Assembly (NCBI RefSeq): GCF_963921235.1
Contig: NC_086097.1
Span: 138,510,001 to 138,574,000 of the forward strand
Direction: 5' to 3'
DNA: 64,000 nucleotides
Source: Mobula hypostoma
Lineage: Eukaryota
Made by a program: the position numbers and the translations under genes. The notes under the pieces are model-generated. The model did no database searches. It saw only the letters and a list, made by a program, of their open reading frames with translations, and was not told the DNA's origin. Within the stretch, counting starts at the first letter, position 1; every line of letters begins with the position of its first letter. This document shows positions 1-11,654 of this stretch, one piece after another.

Positions 1-328
1 GCATGGTTGAAATGTCTTAATACCAGAGGGGATGCAATTAAGGTGAGGGGGTAAGTTTAAAGGAAATGTATGGGGCAAGTTTTTTTATAAACACAGAGAG
101 GTGGTGTTTGGAATGTGCTTCTGGGAGACTGGTAAAGGCAAATACAATAGAGGTGATCAAGAGGCTCTTTGAGAGGCACATGAATGTGCAGGAACTGGAA
201 GGATATGGACATTGTGCAGGCAGAAGGGATTAGTTTACTTGGACATTGGATTACTAATTTAATTAGTTTGGTACAACATTATGGGCTGAAGAGCCTGTTC
301 CTTGTGTAGTGCTGTTCTGTGTTCTAAG
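1..328 (+). mobile_element. CR1 LINE 3' end fragment
   Basis: Degraded TRGH..K.RG-type C-terminal sequence followed by gggctgaagagcctgttc...gctgttctgtgttcta, similar to the 3' ends of other CR1 copies in the window. Confidence 0.7.
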
Positions 329-1644
329 TAAATAGTCCAGCTTTTTAATTAACAAACTGCTCGCTTTCCTCATTGCTTCATGTTAACTTTAAATTGTCCA
401 TATATGAAAATACACAAGCCCCTCTGAACGAAATGCTTCAATTGCTCATTTAAAAAAAAACACTTTTCTTGTTTCTTTCACTGAAGTGTATGACCTTGCA
501 TTCTTCCCCATGGTATTGCACCTGACATGCCCCCAGCCATGCACTTAGCCTAATTTTAACTCCTGAAGCCTTATTGTACTCTGCATCCATCTTGTATGGA
601 TGTCCATCTATGAATCATGAGCAAACTTGGACAGATTATAGTTGACACCCTTTTCAATAGTGGCATGCAAAAGTTTGGGCACCTGTGGTCAAAATTTCTG
701 TTACTGTGAATAGTTAAGTGAGTAGAATATGAACTGATCTCCAAAAGTCATAAAGTTAAAGATGAAACATTCTTTTCAACATTGTAAGCAAGATTAGTGC
801 ATTATTTTTGTTTTGTACAATTTTAGAGTGAAAGAAAGGAAAGGGGCACCCCAAGAGATTTGAGCTCTCAGGTAACTTTTACCAAGGTCTCAAGACCTTA
901 ATTAGCTTGTTAGGGCTATGGCTTGTTCACAGTCATCGTTAGGAAAGGCCAGGTGATGCAAATTTTAGAGCTTTATAAATACCCTGACTCCTCAAACAAT
1001 CAGCAGCCATGGGCTCCTCTAAGCAGCTGCCTAGCACTCTGAAAATTAAAATAAATGATGCCCACAAAGCAGGAGAAGGCTATAAGAAGATAACAAAGCG
1101 TTTTCAGGTAGCCGTTTCCTCAGTTCGTAATGTAATTAAGAAATGGCAGTTAACAGGAATGGTGGAGGTCAAGTTGAGGTCTGGAAGACCAGGAAAACTT
1201 TCCGAGAGAACTGCTGGTAGGGTTGCTAGAAGGGCAAATCAAAACCCCCGTTTGACTGCAAAAGACCTTCAGGAAGATTTAGCAGACTCTGGAGTGGTTC
1301 TCAGACACTGTTCTACTGTGCAGCGACACCTGCACAAATATGATCTTCATAGAAGTGTCATCAGAAGAAAACCTTTCCTGCGTCCTCACCACAAAATTCA
1401 GCATCAGAAATTAGCAAAGGAACATCTAAATAAGCCTGATGCATTTTGGAAACAAGTAGTGTGGACTGATGAAGTTAAAATAGAACTTTCTGGCTGCAAT
1501 GAGCAAAGGTATGTTTGGAGAAAAAAGGGTGCAGTATTTCATGAAAAGAACACCTCTCCAACTGTTAAGCATGGGGGTGGGTCGATCATGCTTTGGGCTT
1601 GTGTTGCAGCCAGTGGCACGGGGAACATTTCACTGGTAGAGGGA

Positions 1645-4600
1645 GAGCCCTGCTGGCCGCTGATGGGGTAACATCTTTTTGAACTTGCTCCTACCTTATC
1701 TATCTTTTTGTTTCCTACCAGTTTTTTGAAACCTTATTATAAATCTCAATATTGCTCTGTTATGTCTTTGAGAAAGACTAAAGCCTCTGGAAAAGAAAAA
1801 GATGATGATTCTCCAACCACTTTGGAATCAATTGGAGATTTCCTTAAAAAGCAAAGAACAGAACTTTCTGAGGAATTTAACCATCTTAAAGTCCAGTTGG
1901 ATACTATTCAACAAACTCTAATCGAACATGATAAGCGAATTAAGGAGAATTAATAAACTTTGTCGATACTGGAAGTGGACTTAGAAGACATGAGTAAGGT
2001 CTGCAAAAATTACCATTATCTAATGAAAAATTAACAAAGCAGATTACCAAGCTGGAAAGCAGAAGCAGAAGAACAACCTACGTATTCTGGGTCTTGAAGG
2101 ATGAATTGAAGGTGCCCACCCCACGGAGTTCTTTGCAAGTTTTCTGAAGCAGCTATTCCCTGATTTATTGCCATCTGTGCCCAAGTTGGACTGCGCCCAC
2201 CGGTCACTGGACCCGAAACCAAAGTCGGGGGGAGCAACCTAGGTCGGTTATCTTATGTTTTCATGAATTTCATTTAAGGAGCTTTTAATCCGTCATACCT
2301 GTCGAGTAGGAATGATCGATTACAACATGAAGATGATCAGGTTCGTGGAAGATTATACACCGGAGGTTATGGCTGAATGTGCCAAGTATGAAGAGGTTAT
2401 GTCACTGTTTTATAACAAAGGGTTGAAGCCCTCCCTTTGCTTCCCCGCACGTCTTAGAATCGTTCAGCAGAATAGTTTGCAGAAATGGCTTGGATCGTTT
2501 GAACACGTATAGAAGTTTTTGAACGTAGAAGATTAATTGCATTATGTCTCTTACAAGAACAATTATCTTTTTAATGTTGGATAGAATAAGATTTTAATAA
2601 ACTTACATTTTGACCATTTATATATCTTTCTTTTTGATATTTTCTTTGATTTTTTTTACTTTACTCTTTTTTGAGGTTTTTCTATATATATATATATAGT
2701 TTTGAAATTGTTAAAATGAATCCTCTTATGTTTTGGATTTCTGATCTAAGTTTATTTTGTCTGTTTTCTCTTGGTAGGAACATAATAACCTTGAATGATT
2801 GGAGTTTTGCCAGCAAGATTTCTTTGGGAGGGTTGTCTTTAGGGTTTGGGAGGGGGAGGGGGTGGGGTTTCTTTTTTCTCTGGAAGCTGGGTTGGGCTAC
2901 CATCCAAATTTTCTGTTTGAGTACCTTGTTTTATGGTTCGTTCTCTGGTTCTAATAATTTATGGTCAAATCTTTTAACTCTTTTAATTAGTATTTAAAAT
3001 GGATTGAAATATTAATTTACTTAGTTTTAATGTGAAAGGGTTAAATCATCCTGTGAAACGGAATAAGATTTTTGCTTATATTAAAAAGTTAAGGGCCCCC
3101 ATTATTTTCCTACAAGAAACACCTAGAAACCATAGAAAAACTACAGCACAGAAACAGGCCTTTTGGCCCTTCTTGGATGTGCCGAACCATTTTCTGCCTA
3201 GTCCCACTGACCTGCACATGGACCATATCCCTCCATACACCTCCCATCCATATATCTGTCCAATTTATTAATGTACATAGTTGTGACAACGCACGCCGTT
3301 TTAATTGGTGGAGGGGTTTACAATTTCATTCTTCATTCAGAGCAAAATCTCGAGGGGTCTCGATTTTTATAGACAATACAATTTATTTTGTTCAACATAA
3401 AGTTGTCTCTGACCCTAATGGGCGATTTGTCATAGTGTCAAGGAAACTAGATAATAAATTAGTTGTATTTACTTATGTGGATGATCCAGGATTTTTTGAA
3501 TGTTTCTTTTCATTCGTGCCAGATTTGAGTCTTTGTTCTTTAGTGATGGGAGAAGATTTTAATTGTTGTCTAGACTCAGTATTAGATCATTCTTCTCCTA
3601 AATCAGCCACACATAATAAATCAGCTTTATTTATTCAATCCTTTCTAATGAAATGTGATATTGTTGATGTCTGGCATTTTTTTTCACCTGGCAGAAAGGG
3701 AGTATTCATTCTTCTCTCATGTCCATCATTCCTATATCAGGATTGATTTTTTTTTATTGATAGTCAAATGATTCCATTAGTTCGATCCATTGAATATAAA
3801 GAAATAGCTGTATCTGACCATTCTCCTGTATTTCTATCTTTAAATCTTCCTGGTTTCACTCATATGAACAGATCCTGGCATTTTAATTTAACCTTGTTAT
3901 CTGATAAGGACTTCCTAAAATTTCTGGAGAATCAAATTACTCCTTTTTGAAGAAAATGCGTTGGACGAGACTTCTAGTCTCATCATTTGGGACACTTTTA
4001 AGGCATATATTAGAGGACAGATTATCTCCTATACTGCATATATTAAGAAAAAAACTAATAAAGAGAGAACTGACTTAGTTAATCAATTAAAACAATTGGA
4101 CCAGAAATATGCTTTGGCACCAGACCCTGAACTAAACAAAAGATGTATTGAAATTAAAACTAAATATAAACTTCTAATAACATATCCAATTGAAAGCCAA
4201 CTTTTAAAAGATAGAAGCCAATTCTATATACCTGGAGAAAAAACTGGTAAACTATTGGCTAATCAGTTGAAGACATTTATAGCTAAACGGCAAATTAAGA
4301 AATTCGCAAAACCAATGGTGATTTGATAACTGACCATTTTGAAATAAATGACACTTCTAGAGAATTTTATTCTAAACTGTATAGTTTTGATTTTGTTAAA
4401 GATAATACAGCAATGAACAATTTTTTAGACCAATTAAATATTCCTGGGCTTTCGTTTGATAATTGAAAGCAGTTGGATCAACCTGTTCCTCAGGAGGAAA
4501 TTACTGAGGCTATATGTTCATTGCATTCTGGGAAATCTCCAGGACCTGACGGATTCTCTGGAGAATTTTATAAGGCTTTTTCTTCATTGCTTATACCTTA

Positions 4601-7202
4601 TTTATGTTCTACCCATACTGATTCCTTCAAGGTGGGTAGGTTGCCACAGTCTTTTTATGAAGCTTCCATTTCACTTATTCTTAAAAGAGAATAAGAATCC
4701 CACTGAATGCTCTTCAAATAGACCAATCTCTTTACTCAATGTTGATGCTAAGATCCTATCTAAAGTTTTGGCCTGTAGACTCGAGAATATTATACCTATA
4801 ATATCTGATGATCAGACAGGATTTATTAAAAATCGATATTCCCATTTTAATGTATGACGATTGTTAAATGTTATGCTTTCTCCATCCAAGGAAATACCGG
4901 AATGTGTGATTTCTCTGGATGCAGAGAAGGCTTTTGACCAAGTTGAATGGAATTACCTGTTTAAAACCTTAGAAAAATTTAATTTTGGGCCCAATTTTAT
5001 TCTTTGGATTAAATTACTTTACTTATCTCCTTCTGCTCGAGTCCTTACTAACTTTCAGACTTCCAAACCAGTTAAACTCTAACGTGGAACCAGACAAGGA
5101 TGTCCGTTGAGCCCTTGGCTTTTTGATTTGGTATTAGAATCTTTAGCATTGTCTTTCGAGGGTCTAAAAATATCACCGGTATCTTAAGGAAAGGTACTAT
5201 TCATAAAGTTTTGTTTTATGTTGATGACCTATTGCTTTTTATATCTAATGTTACAACTTCTTTACCCTCTATGTTTCTTTTACTGACTAATTTTAGTCAG
5301 TTTTCAGCATATAAATTGAACTTACATAAGAGTGAATTGTTTCAAATAATTTGATACCATTCGATATTAACCTTCCTTTTAAAATTGTAAGAAAACAATT
5401 TGCATATTTGGGTGTAACAATCACTAAGACTTATAAAGATCTATTCAAAGAAAATTTTCTAACCTTAATGAATTATGTGAAAAAGACACTTTCTAATTGG
5501 TTGCCTCTCTCTTTATCATTGATTGGTCGAATTAATTCTATTAAAATGAATATTTTACCTAATTTTATATACCTTTTTCAAGCCCTACCTGTTTTTATTC
5601 CTGTTTTATTTTTTGATTCTTTCGATTCGATTCTTTCTTCCTATATATGGAAGAATAGAAAACCCCGATTAAATAAAGCGCACCTTTAAAAAAATTAAAA
5701 AGAACGGAGGCCTTGCTCTACCCAATTTTAGGTTATATTATTGGGTAATTAACATATGAAATCTCACGTTCTGGTTATATTATGTTAATCGTGAGGATTG
5801 TCCAATATGGGTCTCTTTGGAAGCCATCTCTGTTACGAAATTTTCTATCATTTCTCCTCTCAGATCCTTTCTTCCTTAATCTTTAAATAAATTAACTGAC
5901 AGTTTGAAACACACTTTGAGGACCTGGCTACAGCTTAGAAAACATTTCAGTTTATTGAGATTTTCTCTTTCTAGTCCTATTTTTTCTAATTTTTTTTTAA
6001 ACCATCTACGACCGATCTGTTTTTTAGAGAATGGGATAGATTAGGCATTAAACAATTTCAGGATCTGTTTGTTAGGGGGGATCTTTTTTCTTTTGAACAG
6101 CTCTCAGTGAAATATAATTTATCAAATACCCACTTTTTTCGATATCTACAGATTAGAGATTTTTTAAGATCTAAACTACATATATTTCCTACCAGCCCAG
6201 ATAAGAACATAATAGATGTAATTTTTAATTTGAAACCTTTTGACAATGCTCAATATCTTATATTTATGGTCTGTTGTTGGGACTGAGAATGGCTCCTTTA
6301 GACAAAATTAAAACATATTGGGAAAAGGATTTACAGACTTCATTATCTGATGAGACCTGGAGGGCTATTTTCAAAATGGTTAATTCTTCATCATTATGTA
6401 CTCGTCAGTCCCTCCTACAATTTAAAGTGATACATAGGGCTCATATGTCTAAAGACAGGCTCTCTCGTTTATATCTCCTTATTGTGACAGATGTAATAAT
6501 GGAGAGGCTTCATTAATTCATATGTTTTGGTCATGTTCGAGCCTTGAAAAATATTGGAAAGATGTATTCCATACTTGTACTTTTTAAAAGTTAATTTTAA
6601 GCCCAGTCCTTTGACTGCCTTATTTGGTATTGTTGAGGAAAGAGCTATAATTTTGGAGCCCTCTCATTTGCGGGTACTGGCTTTTATTTCTCTTATGGCT
6701 AGGAGGGCGATCTTGCTTAAATGGAAGGAGATTGCCCACCCCCCACACATGCTCAATGGTTATGCGATGTTATGTCACGTTTAAATTTAGAGAAGATTCG
6801 TTGTTCGATTTCTGGTTCTAATCAAGATTTTCAAACATTATGGGGACTGAACTATTTTGAAAATCTTTGAATTGTTATTGTTATTAAAATGTAGATCTGA
6901 ACTATTATTATAAAAACACTATATGGTGAAGTACTCTTTTTTTCTTTTGGTTTTTTTTTACCAACCATCTTTGTCTTGGAAGTGGGTGTAGATTTTTTTA
7001 ATAATATAATTAACCATATTATTGTATTTCATAGTTCAATGTATTTTATTTGATTGATCATGAATATGAGATACTGTGATTGTATCAATGTGATTTATAT
7101 ATAGTGTATTTTGTGCTACCTTATTTTGGTTTATAATAAGTATCCTTATGAATTTGTGTTTTTGTATATGAAATTTAATAAAATATTGGAAAAAGAAAAA
7201 AA
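1645..7202 (+). mobile_element. Near full-length, decayed L1-clade LINE
   Basis: ORF1 remnants (coiled coil, RRNNLRILGL-like, KPSLCFPARLRI). ORF2 endonuclease (SFNVKGLNHPVKR..FLQET, SDHSPV), RT (PGPDGF, RPISLLNVDAKIL, SLDAEKAFD, RQGCPLSP, YVDD) and a C-terminal HMFWSC. aataaa at 7177 followed by an A-rich tail. Confidence 0.93.
3123..3270 (-). mobile_element. Short CR1 3' tail inserted into L1 ORF2
   Basis: ctagaaaccatagaaaaactacagcacagaaacaggccttttggccc is a CR1 3' end on the minus strand; it splits the endonuclease FLQETH-V motif. Confidence 0.8.
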
Positions 7203-9794
7203 GGAGAAAAAGGGTGCAGAATTTCATGAAAAGAACACCTCTCCAACTGTTAAGCACGGGGGTGGGTCCATCATGCTTTAGGCTTGTGTTGCAGCCAGTG
7301 GCACGGGGAACATTTACTGGTAGAGGGAAGAATAAATTCAATTAAATACCAGCAAATTCTGGAAGCAAACATCACATAGTCTATAAAAAAAGCTGAAGAT
7401 GAAAAGAGGATGGCTTCTACAACAGGATAATGATCTTAAACACCTCAAAATCCACAGTGGACTACCTCAAGAGGCGCAAGCTGAAGGTTTTGCCATGGCC
7501 CTCACAATCCCCTGACCTAAACATCATTGAAAATTTGTGGATAGACCTCAAAAGAGCAGTGCATCTCACAGAACTAGAAGCCTTTTGCAAGGAAGAATGG
7601 GCAAAATTCCCCAAAGAAGAATGGACGGACTCTTAGCTGGCTACAGAAAGTGTTTACAAGCTGTGATACTTGCCAAAGAGGGTGTTACTAAGTACTGACT
7701 GCAGGGTGCCCAAACTTTTGCTTTGGGCCCTTTCCCTTCTTTGTTATTTTGAAACTGTAAAAGATGGAAATTAAAAAAAGTTTACTTGCTTAAAATATTA
7801 AAGAAATGTGTCATCTCTAATTTTATGCCTTTTGGAAATCTGTTCATCTTTTACTCGCTTAGCTATTCAGAGTAACAGAAATTTTGACCAGGGTGCCCAG
7901 ACTTTTGCATGCCACTGTAGATTGTGAACTGGAAGGGCCAGCACTAATCCCTGTGACACCCTGTTAGTTGTAGCTCCGTTAAAGCTGGAATATGCTAAAC
8001 AGTGTAGCTTGGTGCCTCATTAAAATTTGGAAGTTGCTTATAGCTTAGTAACATGATTTCTTCATTTTTTTTGGCATGGGGCATTTATGAAATAAATTTA
8101 TGGAACAGAGTACTTATGGTTATGGTACTCTGTAGAGATCTTACTTTCACCTGGAACTTTGGAACTGACAGCTGCTGTAAACGAATTTTAACTTCTTGTG
8201 GACAAATTGTGTGCGGGAGAAACAAGTGATGAGTTTTGTTGCAGCTTGCTAATGCAGTGCCCAGACTATACCAAGAGAATCAAGCCGGATACTTAGAATT
8301 AACAGTGGCATCTGAAACAAGCTGTATGAAATATCTCAACAATTATTAGAAGCATTTGTGATGTGAACTGCCAGTTTTTTTTTTGCATTGGTAAATTTAT
8401 GTTTTAGCTGCATTGAGTTAATTGCATTTAGGATGCAGGTAAAATTTTGAAAAGAGATCTATCCTTGCAGTTGCTGGTGATTGGATATTGAGTATAAGTG
8501 CAAATCACTACACCCACAGCAGCCATGGGATTGTTTTAGTTTGCAGAGAAATCTCCTGGCTGGGGAGGGGTAAACTTCATTGATATTCCTGCTCCACATT
8601 ATCTATCTCTATGACCTTTCAACTGACTGCAATGAAGTAGGCTGCATGGGATCTGTGTTATTACTTGTTGTACAAGCTTTCGGGTGGCCGTTTGGTGGGG
8701 GGAGGGGTGGCGTGTCAGGGGGATGGTGGGTAAGTTCCCAATTGAAGAAAAGTTGGTATCCTGCTAAAATGGTCAAAGGAAGCACGTAATCTTTAAAAAC
8801 GATTTCTGTTATTTTAAAAAATGAGAATAAAAACTGTGAGAACTTTCCAAGAATGAAATATATTTCAGTCCATATTTTGAGAGAAAAATTGTTCCTGTTG
8901 CCATCTATTGATTTTTTTTAGATAGTCCATTGAGCACAAGTGACTGGAGAAATTTTGTAGAATGTTCAGTCAAAATTAGCAAAGCAAAAACCCATAATAA
9001 AAATGGTCTGTGAAGTTTATTGCAATGCTTTAAACTTTTCTATCTCCATGAGAGCATGTGGCAAAGAAGTGAAGAAGTCCTGTTCTCATTCCTTGAGGTT
9101 GCCTCATCACTTTTCCAACAGATGTCTTTATTTCTCTTTTAATGGAAAATTTGGAATGCAAAATGATGTTCATTCCACGTTCCTGTGGAAGGTGCATCAA
9201 GGTCGGGAGTGCACTGTACTGACAGATGTGCCAATCCCTCCCCCAGGTGTGCCTCAAAAAATTTGTGATTTGCTCCTTCAGCACGAAATGCACTTGAGTG
9301 TGATGGGAGACTGCAGCCATGCATGTTTTATGATTACACATATTGAGTGATTTTTTAAAAAAACTGGCTGGAGTTTATCACATTGCCAGCCAAAGCATAT
9401 TTTCGTTATTAACCCAAATGTGCTGCAATAATGAAAACCAGGCCATTGTGTTTCAGCTTTTAAGAACCTAGTGAAGATTTAGCCTGATTCAAAATGACTT
9501 TCGTCTCTTTTAATTCACCTTGACCAGTTATGATTACGTATGTGAACAAGTACACAATGAGTTGATGGTGATCTTGGTCTTAACTCCCATTAACGCATAG
9601 CCACCAAAAGATGATGCTAAACAATTCCAAAAGCTGTTGATTAGAATACTGATCTTGATTTCAATGAAATATTGAGCTTTTTTAAAAAAAATAGAAATTT
9701 TTAAACTGTCACAAGATTCCTACTGTGTCTCTCAGTCTTGAATTAATGCTGAAGTAATGTGTTTCCAATAAAACTTTTTTTTCTCCCCAAATAG

Positions 9795-9837
9795 AGATGG
9801 GCGAATGCTGTTTGATTATTTAGCAGAAAAGCATGGG
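9795..9837 (+). CDS. EIF3E: eIF3e/INT6 coding exon (equivalent to human exon 4), 43 nt
   Basis: ttctccccaaatag|A GAT GGG CGA ATG CTG TTT GAT TAT TTA GCA GAA AAG CAT GGG|gtaagt translates (R)DGRMLFDYLAEKHG, matching eIF3e; ends in phase 0 into the next exon. Confidence 0.95.
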
Positions 9838-10247
9838 GTAAGTGATGGTCATGTGTTTGTTATAGTGAATATTTAAAGCTAGCCATGGCATAATATTATA
9901 CCCCAGCTGCTTAGGAGTGAATGACAGTGATCATGAGTAATAGTTGAAGCAGTGCGTTAGTACCTTTATTACACTTGCCCTGAAATGTGATTGATTCAGT
10001 AAATGTTTGGATAGTGAGGCTGGTGCTGCTTTTGGTCTGCTAGTCAATGATTATTTAACCAATGACATCATTACTTGTTAAAATAAATCAGTAATTTGGA
10101 TTTATTCTGTTAACAAGTTAACACTTGAATACCATCACTGCATTAGAGGAGAGCACGTTGATGGAAAATTATTATATTTAAATATGCAAACTTCATACAA
10201 TTCATATCATGCAGAATGTTCTTTAACTTCTGAATGAAAAAGATAAT

Positions 10248-10450
10248 CAAAATCAGGTTTTCTTATCACTGACTTATGTCATGAGATTTGTGGCAAGAGC
10301 AGTACAGTGCAAAGCCAAAATTAGTATAAAATTCCAAAGTAACTAACAGTGCAAAACAAAAGGAATGACGAACTAGTGTTCATGGGCTGTGCAAAAATCT
10401 GATGACTGAGGGTAAGAAGCTGTGTCCATAAATCGTTGAGTGCTGGGGAA
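10248..10450 (-). mobile_element. Rex/Babar LINE 3' UTR fragment
   Basis: aatcaggttttcttatcactgac...gaagctgtgtccataaatcgttgagtg resembles the Rex-type 3' ends at 17757, 20651 and 22430. Confidence 0.55.
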
Positions 10451-10538
10451 TGCCTTAACTGAAAAAGGTAATGTCTTAATGTAAGAAGGTCTTGCTTTCC
10501 TTCAGCTCATTTTTATGTGCTGTGTATTTGTTTTGCAG

Positions 10539-10643
10539 TTTCGTCAGGAGTATTTAGACACTTTGTACCGATATGCTAAATTCCAATACGAGTGTGGTAA
10601 TTATTCGGGTGCAGCAGAATACCTTTACTTTTTCCGCGTTCTG
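10539..10643 (+). CDS. EIF3E: eIF3e coding exon (equivalent to exon 5), 105 nt
   Basis: ttttgcag|TTT CGT CAG...GTT CTG|gtgagt encodes [35 protein letters not shown]. Confidence 0.97.
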
Positions 10644-11059
10644 GTGAGTACCATTTCCTAGAGAAGTGAAGCTTGGTGCTCTATTGTCCAAGAATTGTAG
10701 CTCTGTGTTTCAGATGCATTTTTATACATTTATCGACCTCTCAACTAACCATGCATATCACTTGATTAATTCTAGCCCTCTTCAACCTGTGTTCCGAGCC
10801 AAGTTGTATATGACTTGGAGGCTTGAACTGTCCTTTTTACTTAACTATCTAGAACCATGAAAAATAATGAGTTATTGAACCTCTGTTAAGGATGCCTGTA
10901 CAACAGCCACACTTTTGGAAAGCTATATGCGTAGTCTACAATTTTGTTGTTAGTGTAGCCAGTACACTGATAACCAATATAATTTCTGACTATGCCATGA
11001 GATTAATTGACAATGGTTCGGGGAGAATTTAACCAGCCTTATTTTCTTTTGCAACAGTT

Positions 11060-11630
11060 TCAGAAACAGAATTGGATTTATTATCACCGATTTGCATGTA
11101 GTAACGTTTGTTGTTTTGCGGCTGCAGTTCAGCTGAAGACATGAAGATTATAAGTTAAAGAACAAATAAATTATGCAGAAAAGTGTAGTGTTCATTGGTT
11201 CATTTAAAAATCTTATGACTGAGTGGAAGTAACTGTTCCTAAATCATTAAGTGTACATCTTTCGACTCTTGTGTCCCCATCCCAACGGTAGTAATGAGAA
11301 AAGGCAGGTCCTAGATGGCGAGGGTCCTTCGTGGTGGACGCTGTCACCTTGAGGCACCGCCTTTGGAAAATGTCTTTGATGATGGAGAGGTTGTGCCATG
11401 ATGAAGCTGGCTAAATGTACAACCCTCTGAGCGATCTATGCATTCATTGATACCTCCATGCTAAGTTGTAATGCAAACAGAATACTCTCCATCATACATC
11501 TATAGAAATTTGCAAGTGTTTGGTTTTATAACAAATCTCTTCAAACTCCCAATGATGTAGAGCCATTGAGGTGCCTCCTTCATGATTGCATCAATGTGTT
11601 GGGCCCAGTATAGATCCTCTGAAATGTTGT
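11060..11630 (-). mobile_element. Rex/Babar LINE 3' fragment
   Basis: Same 3' UTR motif plus degraded C-terminal coding sequence similar to 22420-22630. Confidence 0.6.
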
Positions 11631-11654
11631 TTGAAAGAAGTACATAAAAAGTAG

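Larger units (their letters stand above)
1009..7698 (+). pseudogene. Disrupted Tc1 (DD34E-type) transposase in two pieces: 1009-1644 and about 7203-7698
   Basis: Paired-like HTH, GRPGK, WTDEVK and KHGGGSIMLW motifs before the L1; QQDND and WPSQSPDLNIIENLW after it, with frameshifts. Confidence 0.9.
658..7917 (+). mobile_element. Tc1-family DNA transposon with long TIRs, interrupted by an L1 insertion
   Basis: Left end (t)agtggcatgcaaaagtttgggcac...aaaatttctgttactgtgaatagttaag is the inverted copy of right end ttagctattcagagtaacagaaattttgaccagggtgcccagacttttgcatgccactg|ta. A transposase lies between them. Confidence 0.93.

Noticed and set aside
9003..9350. 115-aa ORF in unique sequence
   Set aside because: No recognisable domain; similar-length ORFs occur on the opposite strand, consistent with chance.
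1..9794. eif3e exons 1-3
   Set aside because: I found no sequence encoding MAEYDL.. or ALREKRTTVV.. by eye; they are presumed upstream of the window. Exon 9 (ESYTYKDP) was also not seen downstream.
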